Counted from the stretch's first letter, positions 1-14,051 are shown. The stretch is DNA of 64,000 bases from an uncultured delta proteobacterium (GCA_963727445.1 CAVSGI010000027.1:128001-192000); one strand, 5' to 3'. Notes: generated by a model from the letters alone, not told the origin. Numbers and translations are program-made.

Positions 1-1471
1 TCTTGGCGCGGCTCCGATCGATGAGGATGGCGCGGGGCCGGGTGAGCGCGTCGAGGGCGTAGGGCGAGTTCGTCACGCCGAAGCCGCTCTGCCCGACGCC
101 GGACCAGGGAAGCGCCGGCACCGCACCGGTGAAGCCGTGGTTGTTGACCATCACCACGCCGGCCTTGAGCTTCTTCGCCACCTCTTCGCCTTTGCGGATG
201 TTCTTGGTCCAGACCGACGCCGTCAGGCCGAAGGGGCTGTCGTTGGCCGCGGCGATCGCAGCCGCCTCGTCCGCGACCTCCTCCACCGGCACCATCGGGC
301 CGAAGGTCTCCTCCTGGATCGCGGGCTCGCTGCTTGGAACGTTGCTGAGCACCGTGGGCGAAAACCACAGCCCCGGCTTGTCCAGGCGCTCGCCGCCCGA
401 CAGGACCTCGGCGCCCGCCTCCCTGGCAGATGCCACCTGACGCTCCACGATCGCGAGCTGCGAAGGATTGCAGAGCGGACCCACGTCGCGGCCGGGCACC
501 AGCTCGGCGGCCAGCTCCGCGAGGCGCTTCTTGAGCGGCCCGGCGATCTTCGGCGTCGCGTAGACGCGCTCGATCGAGGCGCAGTTCTGCCCGGCGTTCA
601 TGAACGCACCCCAGAGGATGCCGTTCGCCGTCCGCTCGATGTCCGCGTCGTCGAGGACCACCGCGGGATCCTTGCCGCCGAGCTCGAGGGACACCGGCAC
701 CAGCGCGTCCGCCGCGGCGTGTGCCACCTTCTTCCCGGTCGCGACGCTCCCGGTGAAGATCACCGAATCGACGCCGGCACGGATCAGCGCGTCGCCCACG
801 GCGCCGCCCCCCTGGGCGATGATCACCAGGTCGGCGCCATACACCTCGTCGATCGCCTCGCCGAGGATCGCCGCGCAGCGCGGCGTGTATTCGGAGGGCT
901 TGAGGATGACGGCGTTGCCGGCGAGGAGCGCCGGGAAGAGCGTGCGCAGCGGGAGCGCGAGCGGGAAGTTCCAGGGCGTGATCAGCGCCACCACGCCGCG
1001 CGGCAGTCGCTCCACGATGGCGTGCTTGCCGGGATAGTTGATGGCGTCGAGGGTGGGCTCGCTGGGCGTCAGGAGCAGCGGGCCTTCGACGGACCAGTAA
1101 GCCGCGAGGTCGGCGGTGGGGACGATGTCGTGCAGCCACGCCTCGGGCTCGGGCTTGCCCGTCTCCTGCATGATCGCTTTGGTGAGCGCTTCGCCGCGGG
1201 CGAGGATGGCGTCCTTGAGCTTGCGCAACATGGCCGCGCGCTCCTCGACCGAGCGTGCGGCGTGGACCACCTGGGCCTTGCGCGCGCGCGCCACCAGCTC
1301 CGGCACGTTCGCCGGCGGAGTGATCTCCACCTCGTCGAGGGGCTCTCCGTCGCGGGGGCGAATGCCGCGGATCATCCCGTCCTGAATCAGCGGCTTCAGC
1401 TCCGCCTCCGCGGGCGGGGGCGGCAGGGGTTCTTCGGCGGGGGCGGAGGTTTCCGTGCTGGCTTCGGTCAC
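1..1471 (-). CDS. Aldehyde dehydrogenase family protein (3' end runs off the window)
   Basis: Not in the ORF track; translated by hand from the minus strand. Motifs ITPWNFP, ILKPSEYTP, FTGSVATGKKV, LELGGKDP and catalytic NAGQNCAS. GTG start at 1471. Confidence 0.92.
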   Translation of the reverse strand, partial: MTEASTETSAPAEEPLPPPPAEAELKPLIQDGMIRGIRPRDGEPLDEVEITPPANVPELVARARKAQVVHAARSVEERAAMLRKLKDAILARGEALTKAIMQETGKPEPEAWLHDIVPTADLAAYWSVEGPLLLTPSEPTLDAINYPGKHAIVERLPRGVVALITPWNFPLALPLRTLFPALLAGNAVILKPSEYTPRCAAILGEAIDEVYGADLVIIAQGGGAVGDALIRAGVDSVIFTGSVATGKKVAHAAADALVPVSLELGGKDPAVVLDDADIERTANGILWGAFMNAGQNCASIERVYATPKIAGPLKKRLAELAAELVPGRDVGPLCNPSQLAIVERQVASAREAGAEVLSGGERLDKPGLWFSPTVLSNVPSSEPAIQEETFGPMVPVEEVADEAAAIAAANDSPFGLTASVWTKNIRKGEEVAKKLKAGVVMVNNHGFTGAVPALPWSGVGQSGFGVTNSPYALDALTRPRAILIDRSRAK

Positions 1472-1570
1472 GGCGAGACGCTGGCGGAGGGGGGGCGCGA
1501 CGTCAAGGACCCCCAATCGGGGCGATTGACGTTCGCAGCCCCGCGCCTAATTGCAGCTCGGAGGGTATAG

Positions 1571-2017
1571 ATGCACACACTCGTCGCAGTGACCCAGCGC
1601 GCAAAGGCCCGCTTCCTACTTCAGGAGGCCGCCAGCGAGCCCCTTGTGGAAATCGCCAGCTTCGAGCACCCGGAGAGCCGGCTGGCAGGTCGCGACCTCA
1701 CCTCGGACCGACCAGGCCGCACCCACGACAGCGGCGGCGAGGGCCGACACGCCCTGGCGGTCGAGGAGACCCATAAGGAACGTGAAGCAGCCAACTTCGC
1801 CCGCACTCTCGCCGACGAGCTCAAGAGCCGCCGCAACGACGGCATCTTCAACCAGCTCGTGCTCGTGGCCGAGCCGGGCTTCTTGGGCCTGTTGCGCGAC
1901 GCGCTCGACAACCCGACGAAGAAGCTGGTGATCGGTGAGGTGAAGAAGAACCTCGCCGACCGGCGCCCCGAGGATCTGCTGCCGCACCTGGGTGAGCTGT
2001 TGATCCTGCCGAGCTGA
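1571..2017 (+). CDS. Host attachment protein (AtsE-like / baeRF12-type release-factor-fold family)
   Basis: SDRPGR..GRHAL and FARTLADEL..LVLVAEPGFLGLLR motifs typical of the family; GGAGAGG RBS upstream. Confidence 0.8.
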   Translation: MHTLVAVTQRAKARFLLQEAASEPLVEIASFEHPESRLAGRDLTSDRPGRTHDSGGEGRHALAVEETHKEREAANFARTLADELKSRRNDGIFNQLVLVAEPGFLGLLRDALDNPTKKLVIGEVKKNLADRRPEDLLPHLGELLILPS

Positions 2018-2030
2018 GCGGCACGCCCAC

Positions 2031-3500
2031 TCACCGCGCGACGAAGGTCTTGCCGCGCTTCACCACGCGACCGTCGGCCACCAGCTTGAGCAGGTGCGCT
2101 TCGGTAGCCATCGCGGCGATGGGATAGACCGCCGGCGGCGCGTCGTCGTAAGCGACGGGGACGATGTCGGCCGGCGCGGCGGGGCCGCCGTGGGCGGCGA
2201 GCGCGGCCATCACCTTGTCCTCCCGCATCAGGCGGTGGGCGATGTACTCCTCCGCCTTCGCCGCGCTGTCGCGGATCGGACCGCCGTGCGCCGGCAATAG
2301 GACGGTCGGCTCGCGGCGCGCGATGTCGCGAAGGGACGCGAGGTAGAGCGCCATGTCCCCGTCGTGCGGCTCGACCAGGATGGTGCCGATGCCCGCCACC
2401 ATGTCCCCGGCGATCATCGCGCCGCTCGGACGATGCACGAAGCAGAGATGACCCGGGGCGTGTCCCGGCGTGTGCACCGCCTCGATCACCAGGTCTTCGC
2501 CGAAGCAGAGCTCCTCTCCATCTGCGATCTCTCGCGCGAAGCCCACCTGCCCTTCGAGACGTCGGGCGGTGGCCTCGTGGGCCCAGAGCGGCAGACCCAG
2601 GCGCTCCTCCAGAGCGACGGCGCCGCCCACGTGATCGGGGTGGTGGTGGGTGGCGAGGATCGCGTGAAAGCGCACGCCCTGGGCGCGGCGGGCCTCGACG
2701 AAGCGGACGGCGCGGTCGATTTCTTCGGGGTATGGCGAGGCCGGCTCCACCAGGACCGCATCACGACCGCCGAGGACGTACGCGTTCGTATGCGTGGCCG
2801 GCGGAAGCGTCGGTGTGCGGAGGGCGAACATGGTCACGCCCGGCACCACCTCGTAGCTCTCGGTGAGCGTTCCATCCGCGCCGACGACGGCGCGCATCGC
2901 CGCCACGTCGAAGCCTCGTCGCGCATGATGGAGGACGGCCGCCATGGACGGCGGGACCAACACCTCGCCGCGCCCCCAGCGCGCGAGGGCCTCGGCCGCG
3001 GTCACCCACTCCGCGCGGGCCACCTCGGCGGGGTCGGGCCGAAGCGGCAGCGGCGCTCGCACCTCGAAGCCGAAGAAGGACGCGTCGAAGCGCTTCACTC
3101 GCACCCCTGCGTCCTCGTCGGGCGTCACCCACCGACCCACGTCGATGGCCGCGCTCGTCCGAAACGAGAGCCCCGCATCGCGAAAGCGCGCAGCGCCCTC
3201 TTCCGGATCCCGCCGGAACGCCTCGCGCAGCGCCTCGGCTTCGCCCTCCCCCAGCGTCTCGGCGCCGGTGGCGAGGAGCACGCCGACCTCCTCGAAGAGC
3301 TCGCGAAGCGCTGCGACCACCGCCGGCTCGCTCGGGGCGTCGCGCGGCAGCGTGTCGTCCACCGCCTCGACCACACCGCCGGGGAAGGCCTGGTAGCCGC
3401 CGAGGGTCACGCCTCGCGCCCGCGTCGTCCACAGAAGCTTCGGTGATTCGTCGCGGGTGAAGAGGATCGCCGAGCCCGCTCGCTTCGGCGCCGCCATCAA
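2031..3500 (-). CDS. NUDIX hydrolase fused to an MBL-fold metallo-hydrolase (LACTB2-like, C-terminal winged helix)
   Basis: N-terminal FPGG..AALRELFEEVG Nudix box and RWVTP..RFDA. C-terminal THHHPDHVGG, TPGHAPGH, AGD and PAHG metal ligands. Confidence 0.88.
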   Translation of the reverse strand: MMAAPKRAGSAILFTRDESPKLLWTTRARGVTLGGYQAFPGGVVEAVDDTLPRDAPSEPAVVAALRELFEEVGVLLATGAETLGEGEAEALREAFRRDPEEGAARFRDAGLSFRTSAAIDVGRWVTPDEDAGVRVKRFDASFFGFEVRAPLPLRPDPAEVARAEWVTAAEALARWGRGEVLVPPSMAAVLHHARRGFDVAAMRAVVGADGTLTESYEVVPGVTMFALRTPTLPPATHTNAYVLGGRDAVLVEPASPYPEEIDRAVRFVEARRAQGVRFHAILATHHHPDHVGGAVALEERLGLPLWAHEATARRLEGQVGFAREIADGEELCFGEDLVIEAVHTPGHAPGHLCFVHRPSGAMIAGDMVAGIGTILVEPHDGDMALYLASLRDIARREPTVLLPAHGGPIRDSAAKAEEYIAHRLMREDKVMAALAAHGGPAAPADIVPVAYDDAPPAVYPIAAMATEAHLLKLVADGRVVKRGKTFVAR

Positions 3501-4225
3501 TCCTCGCCGTCGAAGCGGGGCACGCGCGGAGCTTTGGGGATGTCGTGCTTCTCGATGGCGGCCGGCGGGATCGCGCCCGGGATCATGGAGGCGCGCCGGC
3601 CCGGGAGGATCGACGGTGAGCGCCCCTCCTGGGCCTTGCGGGGGTCGCCGACGAGCGCGAGGCAGCGCTTGATGATCAGCTTGAGCGTCTCGAAGACCCC
3701 GCCGCCGTGGAGCGCCGACGCTTCGATGTGGGGCACCTCCTCGGGCACGTGGAGCTGCTCGAGGAGATCCTTCACGGGAAGCGCATTGTCGAGGTCGCGC
3801 TTGTTGAACTGCACCACCAGCGGAATGCGGTCTGGGTCGTCTCCCTGCAGGCGCAGGTTGGCGTCGAGGTTCTTGATGCTCTCGAAGTTCTCGGATTGGC
3901 GGCCGTCCTGGGAGTCGACGACGAAGACCACGCCGTCGACGTGGCGCAACACGAGCTGCCGCGTCTCATCGTGCGCGATCTGGCCGGGGACGGTGCAGAG
4001 GTGGACCCGCACGCGATACCCCTTGAAGGCGCCGAGGTCGACCGGGAGCAGATCGAAGAAGAGCGTCCGCTCGGTCTCGGTCATCAGCGAGATGAGCTTG
4101 CCCCGATTCGAGGGCCGGGTGTGGCCGTGGATGTACTCCAGGTTGGTGGTCTTTCCCCCCAGACCCGCCCCGTAGTAGACGATCTTCAGGTGCACCTCGT
4201 GGCGCGCGTGATTGACCAAGGGCAT
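3497..4225 (-). CDS. MglA-family small Ras-like GTPase (paralogue, no adjacent mglB)
   Basis: KIVYYGAGLGGKTTNL (G1), ERTLFFD, TVPGQ (G3), VDGVVFVVDSQ and NKRD (G4) all match the myxobacterial MglA pattern. Confidence 0.88.
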   Translation of the reverse strand: MPLVNHARHEVHLKIVYYGAGLGGKTTNLEYIHGHTRPSNRGKLISLMTETERTLFFDLLPVDLGAFKGYRVRVHLCTVPGQIAHDETRQLVLRHVDGVVFVVDSQDGRQSENFESIKNLDANLRLQGDDPDRIPLVVQFNKRDLDNALPVKDLLEQLHVPEEVPHIEASALHGGGVFETLKLIIKRCLALVGDPRKAQEGRSPSILPGRRASMIPGAIPPAAIEKHDIPKAPRVPRFDGED

Positions 4226-4359
4226 CCGTTCACGGTCCTACGCGGAGATGGCGCCCTGGTCAAAGCTCCTCTCCGAGGGGTGGCGAGCCAATCGCCGAGG
4301 GGGCGACCCGAGGCCCCCACAATTGCCTCCGCCGCTCGGGCGGCCCACAATCGGCCGCC

Positions 4360-4698
4360 GTGGGCGCCCTGGCCATCCTTCTGCTGACCCTGCTCTTTTC
4401 CTGCGGAGCGCCTGAAACCGACACCCGTCCCCCCACCCGTGCGGATTTCCGAGCGGTGCAGCTGGCCGAAGCACGGATCGTGGATGGGCTCGGCGCGTCT
4501 CGGAGCGAGGAGGTGCCGTGTCCGCGCCGCTGCGCGGGCGCCCAGGATGCATGCGAGGCAGAACGCACGATTTGCGGTCTCGCGCGTGAAACCGAAGACC
4601 TCGATCTGCGCGCCCGCTGCCGCACGGCGACCGACGAGTGCACAGAGGCGCGAGGCGTGAGCAGCCGGAGCTGCAGCTGCGAGGCCGCGTCGCCTTGA
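4360..4698 (+). CDS. Small Cys-rich putative lipoprotein
   Basis: Hydrophobic N-terminus ending LFSC (lipobox-like) and several further Cys. Stop overlaps the next start (TTGA). Confidence 0.55.
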   Translation: MGALAILLLTLLFSCGAPETDTRPPTRADFRAVQLAEARIVDGLGASRSEEVPCPRRCAGAQDACEAERTICGLARETEDLDLRARCRTATDECTEARGVSSRSCSCEAASP

Positions 4699-5801
4699 CC
4701 GACGAACAGGTCTTCGAAGGACACGCGCCCTCGATGTTGGACCGGCGCTTCGTGGCCGACCTCCTCCTGCCCTTCCTCGTGGCCGGCCTCACCTGGGCGG
4801 TGGTCGCACGCGACGCGGGACACGAAGCAATCGACCCCGCCGCCCTGATCCTCACGGTGCTCGCGCTCCTCGCCGCGACCCAGGCCCTCTTCGGCGTCCC
4901 CCGGATCGCACACAGGCTCGCGCTCTCGCTACGCGCCAGACGCTGCCGGCTCACGCTGGGACCGGAGGTGCTGCGACTCGCGCTCGCGGGCGAGGTGATC
5001 GAAGTGCCTCGCGACGCCATCTGGGGCGTCGCCGAGCGCGGCCATTGGGGCACGCGCGCCGGGGGCCGGCGCTTCTCGCCCGTCTACGTCGTCACCGACC
5101 CCGCCGCGGCCGGCCGAACCCATCTCACGCTGCCGCCGGTCTTCGGCGAATCCCCCGGCCAGATCGCAGAGACGCTGATGCGCTGGCGAGGCCCGTTGGC
5201 TGCGGGACCCGCCGAGGCGGCGCCCCCCGCCGCGCTGAAGAGCCGCATCTACGATGACGCCGCGAGCGGCGCCCAAGAGCCAGGCACCATCGCCGTCCGC
5301 CATGGACGCGGTTGGCTCGCGCGCGGCCCCTACATGACGGCGCTGCTCGGCTTGGCCCTGGTGTTCCGGTGGATCCACTTCGACGAGATGACGGCGTGGC
5401 TCATCGGGCCCGAGATGGTCTACATCCTGCTATTCGCCACGCTGATGGTGCCCGTGGTGTGGATCGTCCTGACGCTTCGGGAGCTCCGGCCGCGAAAAGG
5501 GCTCGCCTTCGTCCTCACGCCCACCGCGCTCTTGATCCGCACCCGCCGCGGTGTGCTCGAGACGCCGCTTCGCGCGCTGGGCGCGCCGACCATCGACGTG
5601 CGCCGGGCCTGGTCGGTGACCGATGGCCTCCACGCCGAGCGGACCCTGATCCTGCCCCGCAAGGACGAGCCTCCGATCCGCTACGAGGAGGCCTTCCTCG
5701 GCGTGCCCGCCGAGGTGGCCCTCACCCTCTTCACGACGAAGAAGCGCTTCGCGCCGAACGCGACGCCAGCACCCGAGGCAGCTTCCGAAGACCGCGATTG
5801 A
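4695..5801 (+). CDS. Hypothetical membrane protein (two TM hairpins, each followed by a soluble PH-like segment)
   Basis: Four hydrophobic segments and GC3-rich codon usage; in-frame TTG start overlaps the upstream stop. Confidence 0.6.
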   Translation: MTDEQVFEGHAPSMLDRRFVADLLLPFLVAGLTWAVVARDAGHEAIDPAALILTVLALLAATQALFGVPRIAHRLALSLRARRCRLTLGPEVLRLALAGEVIEVPRDAIWGVAERGHWGTRAGGRRFSPVYVVTDPAAAGRTHLTLPPVFGESPGQIAETLMRWRGPLAAGPAEAAPPAALKSRIYDDAASGAQEPGTIAVRHGRGWLARGPYMTALLGLALVFRWIHFDEMTAWLIGPEMVYILLFATLMVPVVWIVLTLRELRPRKGLAFVLTPTALLIRTRRGVLETPLRALGAPTIDVRRAWSVTDGLHAERTLILPRKDEPPIRYEEAFLGVPAEVALTLFTTKKRFAPNATPAPEAASEDRD

Positions 5802-6183
5802 TGCTGGGGCGCAGCAACGCGGCGATGGTCTGGGCGTAGCCGGGCACGCCGCTGCCGATGCTGATGGTCCAGTGCAGCTCGCTCTGTCCTTCACCCAGCG
5901 CCACGATCCGAACTTCGGCCTGGTGATGACGAATGGGCAGACCACCGACGATCCGGTAGACGTAGCGGTGGGGCGGATCACAGGCGATGATCTCCTCGTC
6001 GATGCTGATCGGGCCGATGTGGATGCGGCGGACGGTGCCGAGCCCTCCGTCGCCCTTTCCAGCGATGACGCTGACCCTGGTGTCGAGCCAATCGCCCATC
6101 GATTCGTGGTCGATCAGCGCCGACCACAGCTGCTCGGCGGACACGTCGTACTTGGCGAGGAAGCTCAGCGTTCTTAGTGACAT
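5731..6183 (-). CDS. SRPBCC/START (polyketide cyclase-like) family protein
   Basis: SAEQLWSALID..W, GGLGTVRRI, EEIIACDPPHRYVYRI; 150 aa. Confidence 0.8.
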   Translation of the reverse strand: MSLRTLSFLAKYDVSAEQLWSALIDHESMGDWLDTRVSVIAGKGDGGLGTVRRIHIGPISIDEEIIACDPPHRYVYRIVGGLPIRHHQAEVRIVALGEGQSELHWTISIGSGVPGYAQTIAALLRPSINRGLRKLPRVLASRSARSASSS

Positions 6184-6231
6184 GGGATCCGATGTTCGCG
6201 AGTGCCCGAGGTGCGAGCGCCAGGTGCGGCA

Positions 6232-8715
6232 CTAGCCCGCCTCCTCCCGTACCACCTCTTCCGCCACGCGCGAAAGGGCCCGGCGCGCTTCGGCGTGAGC
6301 GTCCGCTTCGAGCATGGGATCCGCCTCGAGGATCTCCCGAGCGGCGTCGCGCGCCCTCCCGAGGAGCGCCAGATCGCGGCGCAGGTCGCCGAAGCGGAAG
6401 CCGGGCAGGCCGGACTGCTTGCGGCCGAAGAGCTCACCCGGACCGCGGATGGCGAGGTCCTCCTCGGCGATTTGAAACCCGTCCGAGGTCTCACACATGA
6501 CGCGCACGCGCGCCTTGGCTTCGTCGGTGGAGGCGTCGTGGACCAGCAGGCAGGCGCTCTTCTGGCCCCGCCGCCCCACCCGGCCTCGGAGCTGATGGAG
6601 CTGCGCGAGGCCGAAGCGCTCCGCGTGCTCGATCAGGATCGCGTTCGCTTCGGGGACGTCGACCCCCACCTCGACTACCGTGGTCGACACCAGGACTTGG
6701 GCCTCGCCCTTGGCGAAGCTCTCCATCGCCTCGCGCCGCTCCTCGCTGCCCATCCGCCCGTGCACCAGCGCCACCCGGGCTGCACCGAAGCGCTTCTTCA
6801 TCTCCTCGAAGGTGCTCTGGGCGTCCCGCAAATCCATCTCCTCCGACTCCTCGACCAGCGGGCAGATCACGTATGCCTTGCCACCCTTGTCGAGGGCGCG
6901 GGCGATCTGCCTCAGGGCCTGCTCGCGCTTCGGCAGGGGATAGGCGCGGGTCAGGGGCGGGACCCGGCCCGGGGGCAGCTCGTCGAGCACCGAGGCGTCG
7001 AGGTCGCCATAGAGCGCCAGGGCGAGGCTTCGCGGAATGGGCGTCGCCGTCATGACCAACAGATGCGGGCTGATCTCCGCGCCGTCGCTCTTCTGCACCA
7101 GGCGAAGGCGCTGGCCGACCCCGAATCGGTGCTGCTCGTCGACGATCACCAGGCGGAGGCGATGAAAGGCGACGCCTTCGGTGAGCAGCGCGTGGGTCCC
7201 GACCGCGACATCGATGGTCCCGGCCGCGAGCCCGGCGAGCACCTTGCGCTTGTGGGAGGCCCGCGCCCCGCCGACCACCAGCGCCATGCGGAGCCCGAGC
7301 GCACGGGCGACATCCGAGAAGCTCTCGAGGTGCTGCTCGGCGAGGATCTCGGTGGGCGCCATGAAGGCGACCTGTGCACCTGCCGCGACCGTGTGTGCCG
7401 CGGCCAGCATCGCCACCGCCGTCTTGCCCGCGCCCACGTCCCCCTGCAGCAGACGGCGCATGGGCTGGTCCGTGCCGAGGTCCTTTCGGATCTCGCCCAC
7501 GACCCGCTCCTGCGCGTTGGTGAGCGCGAAGGGCAGCGCCTTCTGAGCGCGGGCCATGGGCGCCTGGGGCGGGCTCAGGGCCTCGGCGTGTACGCGCTGC
7601 TCCTCGGCGCGCCGGCGATGAAGGGCGAGCTCGAGCAGGAAGAACTCCTCGAAGGCGAGGCGCGCGTGGGCGGCGGTCGTCCCGCGATCGAGGGCGGCGA
7701 GCTCCTCGTCGCTGAGGTCCGCAGCCGGGCGATGCAGCGCCAGGAGCGCTTCGCGCATGGTCATCAGCCCCTCGCGGGCGCGCACCGCTTCGGGGACGGC
7801 GTCCACCACCGAGGCGAGGCTGCGATCGATCGCAGCGTTCACCGCGCGCCGGAGCGCGACCGGGGGCACACCGCCGACCTCCGGATAGCGCGGCACCACA
7901 CCCCCGCCGCTCCCCTCGTCCCCGGCGTCGAGGCGGGCGAAGTCGGGGTGGGCCATCTGCAACTGCCCGCGGTATTCGTCGACGCGTCCAGCGACGCGAA
8001 AGCGCGCGCCTCGCGCGAAGCGCTTTTCGAGGTCGTAAGCCCGAAACCAGACGAGCCGCAAGAGGGCGTTGCGCCCCGCGGGGTGCTCCGGCAGCGGCTC
8101 GAGGGCCACCTCGAGGCGGCGCCTCTGGCGATAGCCGGTGCTCCGAACGCTCGCCACCACGCCCGCCGTGACCTGACGCTCGCCCACCTCGAGCGCACCG
8201 ATGGGGACGAGCGCGCGCTCGTCGTCGTAGCGCCGCGGCAGGGTGAAGAGGAGGTCGCCGACCGTGTAGACGCCGCGATCACGAAGCCGCTGCCCGGTGC
8301 TCTTACCGATACCGGGCAGGGTCTCGACCGGCGCCTCCGTCCCCTTCACCTCGCCGCGCTCGGCGCGCTCGATGTCCTCGTTCTGCCGGTGCGCCGCGCG
8401 GGCAGCGCGGCGCTCGCGCATCCGCTCCTTGCGCCGGTCCTCGCGCGACTTCGAAGTCTCGGGCGCGCCTTCGGCCGCGGCCTCCGCGTCGGTCAGGGCC
8501 AACAGATGCCGCTGGGCCTTCGCGAGGGCGACCGAGAGCGCGAGCTCCCCCTCGGCCCGCTCGAGCTCGTCAGCGACCGCCGCCAGGGCCTCGCCCCGCT
8601 CGGTGCTGCCGAGAGCGCGGAGCGCCGCGACCGCCTGCGCGCGCGCGGCGCCGTCGTCCTCGGCCGTGACGGCGGATAGAAGCGCCCGCGCGCCCTGCGC
8701 GCCCGGCGCGCTCAC
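6232..8715 (-). CDS. recG: ATP-dependent DNA helicase RecG
   Basis: LLQGDVGAGKT, MAPTEILAEQH, DEQHRFGVGQR, MTATPIPRSL, AERFGLAQLHQLRGRVGR, DLAIRGPGE. Confidence 0.97.
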   Translation of the reverse strand: MSAPGAQGARALLSAVTAEDDGAARAQAVAALRALGSTERGEALAAVADELERAEGELALSVALAKAQRHLLALTDAEAAAEGAPETSKSREDRRKERMRERRAARAAHRQNEDIERAERGEVKGTEAPVETLPGIGKSTGQRLRDRGVYTVGDLLFTLPRRYDDERALVPIGALEVGERQVTAGVVASVRSTGYRQRRRLEVALEPLPEHPAGRNALLRLVWFRAYDLEKRFARGARFRVAGRVDEYRGQLQMAHPDFARLDAGDEGSGGGVVPRYPEVGGVPPVALRRAVNAAIDRSLASVVDAVPEAVRAREGLMTMREALLALHRPAADLSDEELAALDRGTTAAHARLAFEEFFLLELALHRRRAEEQRVHAEALSPPQAPMARAQKALPFALTNAQERVVGEIRKDLGTDQPMRRLLQGDVGAGKTAVAMLAAAHTVAAGAQVAFMAPTEILAEQHLESFSDVARALGLRMALVVGGARASHKRKVLAGLAAGTIDVAVGTHALLTEGVAFHRLRLVIVDEQHRFGVGQRLRLVQKSDGAEISPHLLVMTATPIPRSLALALYGDLDASVLDELPPGRVPPLTRAYPLPKREQALRQIARALDKGGKAYVICPLVEESEEMDLRDAQSTFEEMKKRFGAARVALVHGRMGSEERREAMESFAKGEAQVLVSTTVVEVGVDVPEANAILIEHAERFGLAQLHQLRGRVGRRGQKSACLLVHDASTDEAKARVRVMCETSDGFQIAEEDLAIRGPGELFGRKQSGLPGFRFGDLRRDLALLGRARDAAREILEADPMLEADAHAEARRALSRVAEEVVREEAG

Positions 8716-9183
8716 TTCCAGTCGATGGCCTGGATCTCGTAGGTGCGGACGCCGCCCGGCACCTTGACCCGCACTTCGTCACCGACCTCGCGGTTGATGA
8801 GCGCGCGCGCGACCGGCGAAGTCACGGAGATGGTGCCCTTGTCGATGTCCGCCTCTTCCGAGCCGACGATGCGGTACACCACCGCTGCGCCATCGTCGAT
8901 GTTCTCGAGGGTGACCCGCGCACCGAACTTCACGCGGTCGCCACCCAGCTGCGCCGGGTCGATGACCTCCGCGCGCGCGAGGGAGTCCTCGACCACGTCG
9001 ATGCGCGCCTGCACCATGCCCTGCTTTTCCTTCTGGGCGTGATACTCGGCGTTCTCTTTGGAGATCGCCCTCCTCCATGGCCTCACCGATGGCCTTGGAG
9101 ATCCCGGGCATCTGCGCCTTGAGCTCTGCCAGCTCCTTCTTGAGGGCTGCGTGGCCCTCTGGTGTCATCGGCACGCGTTCCAT
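8712..9183 (-). CDS. greA: Transcription elongation factor GreA (one apparent +1 frameshift near 9061)
   Basis: MERVPMTPEG..EEGDL continues in another frame as KENAEYHAQKE..RIVGSEEAD..ISVTSPVARALI. One extra C after GATCTC. Confidence 0.93.
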
Positions 9184-9237
9184 GGGGTTTGCCTACCGCG
9201 CAGGCCCGCCAGGTTCAACCCCCGCCACCGTCTTCGC

Positions 9238-10169
9238 TCATCGAAGGGGCTCGTGGACCAATACTTCGTCGAAGTAGCGCAACAGCTCGATCGCCCCCGG
9301 ACCCTGGTTGAAGACGTAGCCGTGGGGGCCGGGGAAGAGTTCGAGGCGATGGCTGATCTGGGCGCCGCGGAAGCGGCGAGACAGCTCTTCGGTGGGCGCG
9401 CGGAAAGGGTCCTCATCGCTGGTGAGCAGCCGGATCGCTTGGGTGTCGCCCCCGTCGCGCGCGTGAGACGCAGCGCTCGAGAGCGGCCCCACGCGTCCCC
9501 GAATGGCGGGCTGGATGCCCCCCACCGCGGCGAAGGTCTCGGGATGCGCGAAACCCGTCTCGAGGGCCAGGAGCCCGCCGAGGGAGACGCCGTCGATCCC
9601 CGTCGAGTCGCGCCCGCGCGCCGCGAAAGGCATCTGCTGTCGAAGCGCGTTCAACAGTGGCCCCGCGAGCCAGTCACCGAAGGCCGTCACCCGCTCGCCG
9701 TTCGCTGGGTCCTCCATGAGGTCCGGGGTGTAGGGGGAGACCACCATCACGCCGCGGAAGGGACGCGCAGCCAGAGATGCGTTGACCATCTCGAGCTCGG
9801 GCTGGCGCACCATCAGCTTGTAGTCCGAAGGCGTGAGACGCCCGCGCGCCAGGGCACCGAAGGCCTCGGGCAGGTTGTACTGGAGGTACCAGGCGAGCGC
9901 GCCGCGGTTGGGCGGAAGCTGCGACTCACCACGACCGGCGAGCGCGATCACCACCGGGTAGCGCTCGTCGGGCGGGTGGCTCCGGCCATCGTCGCGGCGG
10001 GGATAGGTGATGACGACGCGCTGGCGCGTTCCGTCGTAGCCGTCGATCTCGAGAAAGCGCTGGTGCACCCACTGGGCGCGATCCTGAGCACCCGCCGGTG
10101 GTGGTGGCGAAAGGAGCGCGGCGCTGATGGCCACCAGCGCAGCCGCGCACGTCCCCCCGAGGGCCCACC

Positions 10170-10173
<4 letters not shown>
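9238..10173 (-). CDS. Putative secreted alpha/beta-hydrolase (esterase family)
   Basis: Signal-peptide-like N-terminus, nucleophile elbow [14 protein letters not shown] and GPHGY. GTG start overlaps the carB stop. Confidence 0.72.
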
Positions 10174-13511
<3,338 letters not shown>

Positions 13512-13573
13512 CGTGGAACCCGGCTGGCGGGATATCAGCGACGCCCCCCCCTCGCAACCTGCCAGGGACGGTA

Positions 13574-14026
13574 TTAGAGGCCGGAAAGGCGGGGGTCATC
13601 GGATTCGATACGGACCTCGCGCGCCGTCTCCCCGACGATCTTCATGCGGAGAAGGACCGTGGGCTGACCCAGCTCCGTGAGGAAGCGCTCGCCCCACTCC
13701 ACCAGGGCCAGCGATCCCCCCTCGATCAGCTCCGCGAGACCGATCTCGACGAGCTCCTCGGGGTCCGAGAGCCGGTACAGATCGGCGTGCACGATGGGCA
13801 GCCGCCCCTCGTATTCGTGGACAAGTCCGAAGGTGGGGCTGGTGATCGCCACCTCCGCGGCGACGCCGAGCGCGCGACAGAGCGCGCGCGCCAAGAATGT
13901 CTTGCCCGCGCCCAGCTCGCCCTCGAGGAGCACCAGATCGCCGCCGGCGAGATGCGCCGAGAGCCGCGCCGCGAAGGCCTTCGTGGCCTCCTCGTCGGGC
14001 AGCGTGAGCGTCCGTACCCCGTCCAC
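13574..14026 (-). CDS. tsaE: tRNA t6A biosynthesis ATPase TsaE
   Basis: [34 protein letters not shown]; 150 aa. Confidence 0.95.
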   Translation of the reverse strand: MDGVRTLTLPDEEATKAFAARLSAHLAGGDLVLLEGELGAGKTFLARALCRALGVAAEVAITSPTFGLVHEYEGRLPIVHADLYRLSDPEELVEIGLAELIEGGSLALVEWGERFLTELGQPTVLLRMKIVGETAREVRIESDDPRLSGL

Positions 14027-14051
14027 GGCGAGAAGCTATCATTCGGCGCCC

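Noticed and set aside
137..1570. 477-aa plus-strand ORF and other long antisense ORFs (e.g. 6202-8679, 13596-15848, 32268-33980, 50334-52091)
   Set aside because: Shadow frames of real genes in high-GC DNA; Arg/Gly/His-rich with no motifs.
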